Counted from the first letter of the stretch, positions 12,482 to 24,439 are shown. The stretch: DNA of 64,000 nt from Octopus sinensis (GCF_006345805.1 NC_043004.1:105400001-105464000); one strand, 5' to 3'. Numbers and translations are program-made. Notes: generated from the letters alone by a model not told the origin.

Positions 12482-12839
12482 AATGTACTTAATGAGGCCT
12501 TCACAATAATTAATTAGTACTCTGTCTACGTTGAAGAGAAGTAAACACTATTGAACAATCATAAAATCAATCAATGGTAACAATTCAAAATAAAATTAGT
12601 AAACGATTTGGAGATGGTTTGATGAACCAGAATCTCGATTAAAAATGAAGAAAAACATTTTGGAGAGAGAAAACAGCGTACTTGCATCATCATAATCAAT
12701 CAATATGCAAATATCCATATCCAGGTATGCACATATCATATTAATCAGGCTTGAATAGAAAAATATCAAAAGTGTTAAACATTTTTTAATGAATTCAAGT
12801 GTTTATATATATATATATATATATAATATATATATATAT

Positions 12840-12871
<32 letters not shown>

Positions 12872-13149
12872 TGTAAATGTTGAACAGTGAGAATGAATGT
12901 TCATGCCACATCAGTAAAGAAAGATTTTTTTTGTGTATTAAGGCTACCATTGGTGTCATGTTAAGAAAACATCTTAATAAAAATTGAAAAATTGTTAAGA
13001 TATTAAGATATTTCCTTAACATGAAACTAATGGTAGTCTCAATACATAAAAAACGTATGTACACACACACACACACAAACACATCTGTGTGTGTTGGTGT
13101 GTATAAATATAAATATATGTATATATCTATGAGAAATAAGGATAAACGC

Positions 13150-13270
13150 AAGTTTCCTGAGCGCATTTCTCCTTTAGGTTGTTTGAGCCCTAATTTAGGT
13201 GTCCCAAGTGCATTTAGATACTCAACCCCAACAGATCATCAGGGAACACTTTATTGCATTAAGTTACATT

Positions 13271-13277
<7 letters not shown>
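13150..13277 (-). mobile_element. Penelope-like terminal repeat fragment with a decayed hammerhead-like fold
   Basis: Reverse complement: aataaagtgttcc CTGATGA tct..ggttg...caacc..gga GAAA tgcgc tc aggaa. Core motifs are present; stems I and III are imperfect. Confidence 0.4.
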
Positions 13278-13312
<35 letters not shown>

Positions 13313-13384
13313 TACATATACTTGTATATATGTGTATATATGTGTGTGTGTGTATATATATATATATATTATATATATATATGT

Positions 13385-13698
13385 GCGTTGGCACATAAAA
13401 AACACCATCCGAATCATGGCCGAAGCCAGTGCCGCCTCGACTGGCTTCTGTGCCGGTGGCATGTAAAATGCACAATCTGACCGTGGCCGATGCCAGCCTC
13501 ACCTGGCACCAGTGCAGGTGGCACGTAAAAAGCACCCACTACACTCACGGAGTGGTTGGCATTAGGAAGGGCATCCAGCTGTAGAAACATTGCCAGATAA
13601 GACCGGAGCCTGGTGCAGCCTTCTGGCTTCCCAGATCCCTGGTCGAACCGTCCAACCCATGCTAGCATGGAGAACGGACGTTAAACGATGATGATGAT
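13385..13698 (+). mobile_element. RTE-family 3' UTR module (5'-truncated copy) with (GAT)n tail
   Basis: ggtggcacgtaaaaagcacccactacactcacggagtggttggcattaggaagggcatccagctgtagaaac...ccgtccaacccatgctagcatggagaacggacgttaaacgatgatgatg. Confidence 0.85.
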
Positions 13699-13846
13699 GT
13701 ATGTACATATGTATATGTATATATGTGTATATATATGTATATATATATGTGTATATATATATACATATATATACATATATATATATATACATATATATAC
13801 ACATATATACATATACCTATGTACATACATGTATATATATATATAT

Positions 13847-13889
<43 letters not shown>

Positions 13890-14011
13890 TAAATACACAT
13901 ATATACAAGTATATGTATGTGTGTGTGTCTCTCTCTATATATATATATTGTTGAATGTAACTTAATGCAATAAAGTGTTCCCTGATATATATACGTATAG
14001 ATATATATACG

Positions 14012-14063
<52 letters not shown>

Positions 14064-14395
14064 TAATGAAAAATTATAGAGGTGAACTCATTTCAAGAAA
14101 CAAGTGTTGAGCGATTAGATTAAAGTATTGATTTGAAAGAGACAAGTTCCAAGGTTGATAATACTCCTCATCAAAGCCAACATGTATCTAAACAAAGAGG
14201 TCATATATAAGCCATTATAAGCATGAAAACGCATATAGTCGTGTAATTTCATGCCCAAATCAAAGTTAGATAGGTAATTGCATAAATACGTACAGATAGA
14301 TTAAGAAATCCCATATTTTCATGGGATTGTAAAAATATGTTTAAGAATATACAGTAAGTATATTACTGTATATTAAAAATTCCAAATCCGTACAT

Positions 14396-14485
14396 ATTCT
14401 CTGATGAAGGAAATGTGGATTAATGAAGTTCAAAAGGTCTTACCTACACACTTCTTTGCACATTCCTGGAAACGGCCGTAAGACT
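14396..14485 (+). ncRNA. Type-I hammerhead ribozyme motif (long stem II, GUA site)
   Basis: tct CTGATGA(14401-14407) AGGAAATGTG...CACATTCCT G GAAAC(14469-14473) GGCC GTA(14478-14480) aga. Stem III is the palindrome ACGGCCGT; stem I is only 3 bp; there is one extra G before GAAA. Confidence 0.65.
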
Positions 14486-14530
14486 CTTTGTATGTATTGA
14501 ATTCCTTTGAGGACTTCCATTTTGGATTAT

Positions 14531-14839
14531 TGTCAGACAATCTTTATGATTATGTAACACCCAATATGTGTCCTCCAAACTCATTAGATTTGGACCCTAT
14601 GAACTACTACATGAAAGGGAGACTAATCGTCATCCTCATAATACCAAAGCTTCACTGAAGGTTGCCATTGTCCAGGTGATGTCCGAAATGAATTATTCTA
14701 TTTCATAGAATAATTTACTTAAAAAAATCATTATCAAGACTAATTACACAAATGTTTATTCAAATACATATTTATTTATGCTGAAATATAGTTGTTTTAT
14801 CGAATACCAAAACTGTCCTCAAATACCCTTCACACTCTG
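14531..14839 (+). mobile_element. maT-like transposon 3' fragment
   Basis: LSDNLYDYVTPNMCPPNSLDLDPMNYY...ERETNRHPHNTKASLKVAIVQVMSEM (with a frameshift); ends cacactctg+TA. Confidence 0.7.
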
Positions 14840-15275
14840 TATATGTATGTGTGTATTTGTGTGTACCCTTGTTTAGATATCATGTGATGGTTCTAAATGA
14901 GCATCATCATCATACATGTCTTCTGTGAAAAACATGTCTAGGCATGGGCAAATATTACCTTGTTTAGAAGGTGACAGGAAGGGCATCCAGCTGTAGAAAA
15001 ATTTATTTCAATAAATTCCCGCTGACCCAGGCAAGCATGTGAAAGTGGATGTTAAACGATGATGATGATTTTATGTATATAAAATAAATAGACACTTGCT
15101 TAAAGTACAGCACATTGAGATTGAATCTGAAAACTCTTGTTCCCAAAAGGAACTTCTTAGCCACATATGTATGTGTGTTGTATGTGTAACTTTCACCAAT
15201 GTAAATCAACTGTTGGCTTTAAATCAATAAACCGATGCATTTGAGCAAAACGACCTTGTGGTATTTGTTCTGCAG

Positions 15276-15321
15276 GGAGTTGTACAGAAACTCCCTTGTC
15301 TCTCTCATTGTCTAAAATGCA
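15276..15321 (+). CDS. Weak candidate exon GVVQKLPCLSHCLKC (phase 0/1)
   Basis: tatttgttctgcag| acceptor and weak gca|gtgaac donor; frame-compatible between 7969 and 20299. Confidence 0.25.
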
Positions 15322-15642
15322 GTGAACCCATTATTAGCTGATTGGAAATCTATAGGAAATGATTTTATTATTCATGAAATGCCTGGGGAGTGAATTTTAA
15401 TCAATCTGCTGGAGAGTCTTCTGTCCTGAAACAGTTTTCATTTAGAGTCTGCTCTCATCTCTATATTTTTGCTTACACTGTAACTCAAGTGATTCCCACT
15501 CTTTCTGAACTAGTAACCTACCTATCTACCTAGACAGACAGACAGACAGACAGACAGATAGATATTTTAATATACACACAGATATACACAATACAGTTTT
15601 ACATCTCTCCATACACATATACACTCACACACACACACACAC

Positions 15643-15679
<37 letters not shown>

Positions 15680-16339
15680 ACACACCACACACACACACAC
15701 TTTCCTTCTTTTACACACAGACATATCTATATACAAATATACATCTCTCTCTCTTTCTGTCCCAGTCTCTGTCTGTCTCTCTGTCTCTCTGTCTGTCTCT
15801 CTCTCTCTCTACACACACATGTATGTATATTTATATACATACACTTATACACACACATATCTTGCTGTATGTAGGTAGGGTCATTGTGCCAATAATACAA
15901 AAATGAAGAAAATATACACACACACACACACGTGCATGCACACTGATATACATATGTATACTATCATACATACTGATAGTTCTATGTAAACATATACAAA
16001 TATTATGTACATTATGTATGTAAGCTTTGCACAAACTGTCTCAACAAATTTCAAGACCATTGTGTAGCCAAGATGGTTAGCAGCTGATAAGCAAGTGGGT
16101 GGAGGAAGAAGGGTGTATGTGACGAGCTAAACAACTTCTAATTAATAAAGCTCTGTTGTCTGAAGTTAAAAAAACAACAGCAACAACAACTAAAACAACA
16201 CTAGAGAAACCTTGTGACAGTATGACTTGTTTTACATCGAAAGAGTCATTTAATGTTATTTCCCACCCATGGCAGCTGGAATCATTGTATTTTGCAAAAA
16301 AATATCTGCTGTCTTGTTGCTACCAACTAAAAGCTCACA

Positions 16340-16485
16340 AAGACTTTGTCAACAATCCTTTACTTTTGGAATGGAAAGTAGAACAATTATGTCTGATGTT
16401 ATAAATCTTTTGAAAGGAATATTCCAAGGAGACAATGGCTTTAGCTTTGTTTGGTTTGCTACTAAACTCGCTGTCAATCTGTAAT
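16340..16485 (+). mobile_element. Highly decayed RT fragment, R4/Dong-like
   Basis: Translates ...IMSDVINLLKGIFQGDNGFSFVWF..., resembling the GIFQGDSLSPLWF motif of R4/Dong RTs. Single motif only. Confidence 0.4.
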
Positions 16486-16944
16486 ACTTATACATGCTAA
16501 AGTCTACAGCAGTAAGTACCACTAATGTAACTCATAATTTCTTTGTTGGCTGATACAAAGATCTATGCTGAATATATATACATTGCTGAGAAAAACCTTG
16601 ATTTAATATGGTTTTTTCAGCTGATATAGGAATTGACCTGAAGAAATGATCATATAAATTACTTCACAAACCAAAACCATTCACATCAATGGTCTATCTG
16701 CCTCTCATATTCAACACAATGAGTGCTGTGAATGTCTACATAGCGACAGAAATGTTCCATACAAAGGTAATACAAAAGTAGAAAGACAGAAGAATAATTT
16801 GCCAGACTTGAGAAAAATATGAGAATTTGGGTTTTCTTTTTACAAGACAAAAACCCTATTAAAAAAAATTTACCCTAACTATATTAAAATCCATAAAATC
16901 TTAATACCAATCGCAAATTTTCACAGAGAAAGTCATTTAGGCAC

Positions 16945-17110
16945 AAACATGGCTGTGTGGTTAAGTAGTTGACCTTGCAACCATATGGTTTTGGATTCAA
17001 TCTCACTGCACATCTTGGGCAAATGTCTTCTATTGCCCTGAATCAATCAGTACTTTGTGAGGGAATCTGGTAAATGGAAACTGTGTAAAAGCTTGTGCAT
17101 ACATGTGGAT
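16945..17110 (+). mobile_element. SINE family A, 5' half
   Basis: atggctgtgtggttaagtag...ggattcaatctc...ggtaaatggaaactgtg. Confidence 0.75.
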
Positions 17111-17127
17111 GTGTGTGTGTTTATGTA

Positions 17128-17174
<47 letters not shown>

Positions 17175-17368
17175 GTGAGGTATACTTGCCATCTCAATAT
17201 GGCTAACCACTAAGGGTGGGTGTTACTGTAGCTTTTAGCCCCAGGAGAACATCGTCTCCAGCTGGCTTTAGGCACACTTTCTGTGCCCTTATGGTATTTG
17301 CAAAGGGAGGTCATCCTTCCCTCGTCAACCTAAGTGATACGCACAGACTGCAGTTTCTAGGTATTGAC

Positions 17369-17397
<29 letters not shown>

Positions 17398-17403
<6 letters not shown>

Positions 17404-17597
17404 TTTACTCTTTTCAGTCATTTGACTGCGACCATGCTGGAGCATCGCCTTTTAGTCGAGTAAATCAACTCCAGGACTTATTCTTTGGAAGCCTAGTACT
17501 TATTCTATCGATCTCTTTTGCCAAACAGCTAAGTGACGAGGATGTAAACACATCACCATTGTTTGTCAAGTGATGTTGGGGGGAGAAAGACAGACAC
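17398..17597 (-). mobile_element. SINE family A, 3' half
   Basis: ttttcagtcatttgactgcgaccatgctggagcatcgcc...aagcctagtacttattctatcg. Confidence 0.8.
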
Positions 17598-17599
17598 AC

Positions 17600-18752
17600 G
17601 GGTAATAAATACTGAAGATGTACAGAAAACAGATTCCATCACATGCCAGGGGGAGAAACTAGAAGTAGTTAATAGCTTCCACTACCTAGGCAGTCAAGTC
17701 TGTAGTTAGGTTGGTTGTTCTGAGAGTGTAGCAGCTAGAATAAGAATAGCCTAGGCAAAGTTCAGAGAGCTCCGACCTCTGCTGGCAATTAAGGGCCTCT
17801 CACTCAGGATGAAAGGTAAACTATGATGCAATGTGTGCAAACTGCCATGCTACATGGCAATGAAACATGGGCCATGACTGCAGAGAACATGCATAGGCTT
17901 GAAAGAAATGAAGCTTGTATGATCTGCTGGATGTGTAATGTCAGTGTGCATACACAACAGAGTGTAAGCACGCTGAGAGCAAAGTTGGGCATAAGAATCA
18001 TCAGATGTGGTGTGCAAGAGAGACGACTGCACTGGTATGATCAAGTGTTACATATGGATGAGGACAGCTGCATGAGGAAGTGCCACTCCCTAACTGTGGA
18101 AGGAACCTGTGGAAGAAGTAGACCCAGGAAGACCTGGGATGAGGTGGTGAAGCATGACCTTCAAACGTTGGGCCTCAACAGAGGCAATGACAGGAGACTG
18201 AGACCTTTGGAGATATGCTTTGATTGAGAATACCCGGAAACGAAAGTGAGATTTCAGCCACGCATGTCCGACCCAGTTAAGATATGATATGCTTGAGAAG
18301 ACCTTTTGAGTCAAGTAAAACCAATATCATAGCTGTGGCTAGTGCCTTCTGACTGGCTCCCATGCTAGTGGCACATAAAAAGCACCATCCGAATGTGGTC
18401 GATGCCAGGTCTTCCTGACTAGCTCCCCGTGCCGGTGGCATGTAAAAAGCACCAGCCAAGCAAGGCTGATGCCGGTACCCCCTGACTGGCTCTCGTGCTG
18501 ATGGCACATAAAAAGCACTGTCCAAACATGACCAATGCCAGGCCCACCTGAATGGCTCCTGTGCCGGTGGCATAAAAAGCACCCACTACACCCTCAGAGC
18601 GGATGGCATTAGGAAGGGCATCCAGCTGTAGAAACATTGCAAGATCAGATTGGAGCCTGGTGCAGCCGCTGGCTCTCCAGACCTTAGTCAAACCATCTAA
18701 CCCATGCCAGCATGGAAAACGGACATTAAACGACGATGATGGTGATGATGAT
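17600..18752 (+). mobile_element. RTE-clade LINE, 5'-truncated (ORF2 C-terminus, 3' UTR and (GAT)n tail)
   Basis: ...CVQTAMLHGNETWAMTAENMHRLERNEACMICWMCNVSVHTQQSVSTLRAKLGIRIIRCGVQERRLHWY...GTCGRSRPRKTWDEVVKHDL; followed by ggtggcac repeats and the aggaagggcatcc module. Confidence 0.9.
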
Positions 18753-19299
18753 ATGTATATGTATGTATGTATGTATGTATGTAAATATGTGTGTATTTTT
18801 GTGCCTGGGTTTATTCCTCCCATTGCCTGACAAACAGTGTTTGTTTATTTATATCCTCATAGCTTTATGGCTTGGCAAAAGAGATCAATGGAATAAAAAA
18901 GAAACAAACAGTAAGTACTAAGTTGATTTGTTTGACTAAGCATTCCAAGGTGGTTCCATCGTATAGCTGCAGCTCAATGACTGAAACAAAAGAAATAAAA
19001 AATATTTGTAAGATCTCTCTCAGAAGAAAATATGGAAGAAGAGTTTTCAGGTGAATCCAGAAAACCTCTGAGTGTCATATAATATCTCGTAACACCTGCT
19101 GAACAATAGCAACAAAATTGAGTAATCAAACATATACTCAAAAGTGAGGAGAGCAACGTTTTGTAAATCATGTGACTTCATAACTGTCAGACATAACTAG
19201 TCCAACAAAGACCTGGAGCAAACATTCTGCATACCAACAAAATGTTATGTAAGGGTGTGATTCTCAGAAACTTCAGAATGGGGGTAATGTTTACATGGA

Positions 19300-19975
19300 A
19301 TAGGCAGCAAGCTGGTAAAATTGTTAGCTTGCTGGGAAAAATGCTTAGCAGCTTTTCCTCCATTTTAAAGTTTTGAGTTCAAAGTTCTGTCAAGGTTGAC
19401 TTTGCCTCTCATCCTTTCAGGGTTGATAGAAAAAGTACTACCATAAATCCTTGAGTATAATCCGCATTTTTTCCCCAAAATTTAAAGGTCAAAATCCCTA
19501 GTGCGTACTATATACGAGGTTAAAAATGAAAAATATCTTCTAAACAATGTCCGAGTCTCTATTTGCTGTCTGGCAATGTTTATTCAGATGCATTTTGTGA
19601 TGTCGGGCACGAAAATACCTTAAATCATCCATAACTTGCAGTTAGCAACATTTATTAAACGTTATTACTGCTATTTCTTTGTTTTCTGCAAACAAAATGC
19701 ACAAAAAAGCTACACGTTTGCATTATGTTATATATACAATAATAATAAAGGATGTTACCGTATACAGTTTTACAAACTAAGGACGTTATATAGACCTCCT
19801 TGACTCAAGTTAGAGAAGGGGTGCGTATTATACACAAGGTTTAGGTTTTTCAGAGGTACAGCTCCCTAAAAATCCCCTGCATATTATACTCAAGGGCGGA
19901 CTATACTCGAGGCTTTACGGTAGTTGAGCACATGTGTTGATGTAACCAACTTACTCCTTCCACTAAATTGCTGGC
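19300..19975 (+). mobile_element. SINE family B interrupted at 19440/19921 by a MITE
   Basis: The SINE reads ...gataga aaaagtac[TA]...[TA]gttgagcacatgtgttgatgtaacc, continuing the consensus aagtaccagttacgcactggggtcgatgtaa. Confidence 0.75.
19441..19920. mobile_element. 480-bp non-autonomous pogo/Tc2-like DNA transposon (MITE)
   Basis: 25-bp TIRs match at 21/25 (ccataaatccttgagtataatccgc versus the reverse complement of gcggactatactcgaggctttacgg); TA on both sides; subterminal gcgta(c/t)tata repeats. Confidence 0.85.
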
Positions 19976-20004
19976 TTTACTAAATTTACTAAACTTATTT
20001 CTCC

Positions 20005-20215
20005 CATTAAATTGCTGGCAGAATCATTAGCATGCTAAGCAAAATGCTTAGTAACATTTTGTCCATTTTTAAGTTCTGGCTTCAAGTTCTGCTGAGGTTG
20101 ACCTTGCCTTTCATCGTTTCTGAGTCAATAAAAAAGTACCAATTGAACACTGGGGTTGAGGTAACTGACTTAACCCCTTCCCTTAAATTGCTGGCCTTGT
20201 ACCAAAATTTGAAAC
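20005..20215 (+). mobile_element. SINE family B
   Basis: gctggcagaatcattagc...gaccttgcctttcatcgtttc...gtaccaattgaacactggggttgag. Confidence 0.8.
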
Positions 20216-20298
20216 TAATATTTACATGGAATATATTCTCTATCTGTCTTGGACATGAGATTGCTACATGTCACATTTTGAAGGATACACATTTTCAG

Positions 20299-20405
20299 TT
20301 GAAGAGCAAGAGATAACTAGAAAATACTTGTTAAGCACAAAGGACATTGAAGCACTTGAGAGTATAAGATGCGACTATTATGTTGACTGCATTACATACC
20401 TGTAG
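20299..20405 (+). CDS. Candidate terminal coding exon: (x)EEQEITRKYLLSTKDIEALESIRCDYYVDCITYL*
   Basis: cacattttcag| acceptor; only the phase-1 frame is open (34 codons to TAG at 20403-20405); protein-like composition; not repeat-derived. Product not recognised. Confidence 0.45.
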
Positions 20406-20689
20406 AAGGTATTACCTTTGTCATTGGCATTTGTCCAAAAGTGTCATCAAAGTATTATCTTCCTATATTGTTATCTATTACATTGTTACTATATATATGA
20501 TACCATCCATAGGAAAGTCTGTTTATATCAAAGGTAAAGGTAAAGAACTCCATCAGTCATAAATGACTGTGGGATTGCTCCTAGAAAGTTCACCTCTGAG
20601 AAAGGTTGTTTATGGAAGACCAGCAGTCACCCATGCATACCAGCCTCCCTTCTCCATGCCACCAGTGTTATCCAAGGAAAAGGCACCAG

Positions 20690-20845
20690 TGACGTCACTA
20701 CTCATTTCTACAGCTAAGTGAACTGGAACAGTGTAAGATAAAGTGCCTTGCTCAAGAACACAACACACAGCCTGGTCTGGGAATCGAACTCGCTACCTCA
20801 TGATCATGAGCCCAATACTCTAACCACTGAGCCATGTGCCTTCAC
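20690..20845 (-). mobile_element. SINE family C-like head
   Basis: Reverse complement: gaaggcacatggctcagtggttagagtattgggctcatgatcatgaggtagcgagttcgattcccagacc...gttcttgagcaaggcacttta. Confidence 0.75.
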
Positions 20846-21424
20846 TTGTTTATATTACTAAGTTTTTGAATAATAGTTTTGAAAAGATTGGGTAAAGATA
20901 GAAACCATCAAATACATATTCTGCAAATTCCCTTTGTATGTGGAAATACACAAGATTTTTTTCTGAAGTTTATCAACTTAAATGCTGGAGCCATGTTTCT
21001 TGGTAACTGGCTGCTCACTGTAGGTAACAATAAATTTGAAAGTAATGGTTCTTTGAAAGGTGTAAATAATTAGTTGAGAAGTAATTTGTGTTCTGTTAGC
21101 AATACATACATGCATCATTATCCTTTTAACAGCTTCTGTTCTATGCTTTCATGGGTTGGATAGAATTTTATTGAGACACATGTTCTGCAACCAGATGCTC
21201 TTCCTAACATTGGTCTTCCTTTGAATATCCAAACAAGCTAATATTTTCCCATGACTAGACATGTTTTCATGGAAGTTTGGGAATGAATAACATTACTTCT
21301 ATGATAGTGACAACCATTCACAATCATTGCTCAAATATCAAGACAACGATACTATTATTCCCCCCACTTCTTATATACATCCACATATATATACATATAT
21401 AATAATAACAATAATAATAAAACA

Positions 21425-22240
21425 TTGTGTACAGTGCTCAGGTGCACTACAACTCAACTAAAGGGTATGTATAATCAGGTGTAGTTTCAGCGGATTTCGG
21501 AAAGCATGAGGGCCTTAAAGGATGCAGTGTCATGGCAGTCAACAACTGACGCAGGCAGTTTGTTCCATGCTTCAGCAACTCTGAGCGTGAAAAAATGTTT
21601 CCGAAAGTCATGGGAGCTGTTTTGTTTTCTGACTTTGTAGACATGTCCACATGTGTTGGACACATGGAGATCAAAAAGGTGTTCAGTGTTGTTGTTGGTG
21701 AGGTGGTTGATAACTTTGTGGGTGTTTACCAAGTCCATCGCCAGACGCTGGAGCTTCAGTGAATCCATGCCCAGGGAAACAAGGCGCTCAGAGTATGGTA
21801 GGTGTCTGATGGAGGGTATGCGTTTGGTTGCACGTCTCTGAACAGATTCCAGGAGGTCAATGTTCTGAGCAAGATAGGGGTTCCAAACTGATGATGCGAA
21901 GTGTGGTCGTACCATAGCTGTATACAGTTTTAAATAGATGGCTGGAGAGCGGCTAACAAAAGTCTTGCTGAGTGATGCCAAGACACCCTCGGCCTTCTTG
22001 ACAATTTTAGAGATATGCTTTGTCCAACGCAAATCACTGCTGACAGTGATGCCTAGGTCACACTCGCAAGAGGATTTCTTGATATCAGTGTTGTGGAGGG
22101 AGTATGTGGACGCAGGGTTTTTTCTCCCATAATGCATGGTGGTACACTTGTCCACAGCCAGTTTCAGTTGCCAGTCTGTGATCCATTGCTGCATTGTGTC
22201 CAGGTCTGATTGCAGGAAAGAGCTGTGATAGGTTCCTTTT
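21425..22240 (-). mobile_element. CR1-clade LINE, RT C-terminal ~250 aa, 5'-truncated
   Basis: LQSDLDTMQQWITDWQLKLAVDKCTTMHYGRKNP...CECDLGITVSSDLRWTKHISKIVKKA...LYTAMVRPHFASSVWNPY...LESVQRRATK...; 3' UTR ends in an (ATT)-rich tail. Confidence 0.92.
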
Positions 22241-22244
22241 AGTT

Positions 22245-23010
22245 TCATCATCATCATCGTTGTCGTCATCATCGTCATCATCATCATCATCATCATCCTC
22301 ATCATCACCACCACCACCATCATCATCATCCTCATTTACATGCTGGCCTGGATCGGACGGGACTGTAAAGGCTAGGGGCTATGCCAGGTTCCTTAGTCTG
22401 TTTTGGTTTGGTTTCTATGGCTGGATGTCCTTCCTCATGCCAGCCATTCCACAGAGTGTACTGGGTGCTTTTTATGTGGCACCATCACAGGTGCTTTTTA
22501 AGTGACACCAGCACCAGTGATTTTTACAAGGCACCAGCACTCACACCAACTCTTTTACATGGTACCTGGGTTTTAGGATCTCAATTCGGTTGTGCTGGGC
22601 AAGTACAGCAATGCACCACATATCTTGGTTGTTTGTCATCTCCTTCGTAATGTTCAGTCTTTTGAGATTGGTCTTCAAAACTTCATCCCATGTCTTCCTG
22701 GGTCTCCCTCTTCCACAACTTCCTTTCACTTTAAGTGATTAGCGCTTCTTTATGCAACTGTCCTTATCAATCCACATCACATAACCAAATCAGTGCAGCC
22801 TCCTTATATGTATGTGTGTATATAATTCTGCATCTGCTCAAATTCTCAATACACCAATACTGTCACACATGCACACTGAGATTGCTCATCCAGCAGAACA
22901 TACCAGCTTCATTCCTCTCCAGCCTTCACATGTCCTCTGCATTCAGAGCTCCTCATTTCACTACAATGCAGTATTGCAGTTCATACAGAAATCCATCACA
23001 AGGCTTTTAT
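22245..23010 (-). mobile_element. Decayed RTE-clade LINE 3' end with (GAT)n tail
   Basis: Minus strand MKGSCGRGRPRKTWDEVLKTNLKRLNITKEMTNNQDMWCIAVL; 3' module at 22320-22545; the tail abuts the CR1 fragment. Confidence 0.8.
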
Positions 23011-23299
23011 TGACCTGGAGTTATAGGAGAAGACACTTTTCCTCAGTGCAGAGGGACTGAATCTGAAACCCCTTGGATGGGAAGCAAACTTCTTAACTAC
23101 AGTCACACCCACATACTACACCCATACATAAGGGATGTAGGGGTCCATTTGATCTTTGGAATATCATTGAATCTTCATGAAGTATATCTTATGTAAATCA
23201 TCCTGGTTTAGTCTATTTCTCCCCCCAAGCTGGAGCAACAGCAAAAGTTAGACTCAGAACTGTAAGCTTATGAATTACTTGGCGATTTTACAGTGCTCA

Positions 23300-23800
23300 A
23301 ATCAAAATCGATGAACATCAATGGAATTTGTATTTTTGTGGTACCAGTGCCGGTGGCACATAAGAAAACCATCCGAATGTGGCCGTAGCCAGTACCATAT
23401 TGACTGGCCTCCTTGCTGTGGGCACATAACAAACACCATCCGATCGTGGCCGTGCCAGCCTTGCCTGGCACCTGTGTCGGTGGCACATAAAAAACACCAT
23501 CTGAGCGTGGCCGTTTGCCAGCCTCATCTGGCACTTGTGTCAGTGGCACATAAAAAACACCATCTGAGTGTGGCCGTTCGCCAGCCTCGTCTGGCACCTG
23601 TGTCGGTGGCACATAAAAAGCACCCACTACACTCTTGGAGTGGTCGGCGTTAGGAAGGGCATCCAGCTGTAGAAACACTGCCAGATCAGACTGGAGCCTG
23701 GTGCAGCCTCCTGGCTTCCCAGACCCCAGTTGAACCGTCCAACCCATGCTAGCATGGAAAGCGGACATTAAACGATGATGATGATGATGATGATGATGAC
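23300..23800 (+). mobile_element. RTE 3' UTR module with three tandem 62-63 nt units
   Basis: Units start at 23471, 23534 and 23597, followed by cactcttggagtgg...aggaagggcatcc...ccatgctagcatgg and (GAT)n. Confidence 0.9.
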
Positions 23801-24399
23801 AACTGTTACTCACAATAGTAACTTGTCCATTTCTACTATGAGATGCCTACTGTCAACCAGGAAGTACTTTGGACTCATATATAATGCAGTTCTGCTAGCA
23901 GACTATGAATCAGTAAGTTCTCAACTGATTGTCCCCACATCTCTAAGAGCCATTATTTTCAAAATTTGCAGCCACATATAAACAACCAACCGACTGACCA
24001 GCCAGCCAGCCAAACAAAACTGTGGTTTGGAAATGTAATCCCTGTTTAACTCTGTCTCTCTGTCTCTCTACTGCTCTCTCACACACATAAATTATATACA
24101 CGTTAAAATTATAGATAAACTGAATAGAAAGGTGGGTAGAATGATAAACAGAAAGACACAGAGAGAGAAATAGTAGTTTGGATTAATAAAGGGATGTATG
24201 TGTGTGTATGTATATGTATGTATGTATCTAGATGTATGTACCTCTCTCCCCCTCTGTGTGTGTGTGTGTATATCTGTGTGTGCATGTGTGTGTATGTGTA
24301 ATGTAGTGACAAATTAGGGTCACCTGATTAGAAAATATTTAATTAAATTTTAGGTTCATGAAGCATGTAACTATTGATTTATTTAACCAAGGCACATAA

Positions 24400-24406
24400 G
24401 ACACTA

Positions 24407-24439
<33 letters not shown>

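Noticed and set aside
16621-16650. Strong-looking acceptor ttttttcag at 16620
   Set aside because: All three frames hit a stop within 10 codons and no good donor follows; it is not used in the gene model.
22241-22335. Met-rich N-terminus of the 282-aa ORF 21487..22335
   Set aside because: It comes from the (GAT)n tail of the adjacent RTE copy fused in frame to a 5'-truncated CR1 RT; it is not a real protein start.
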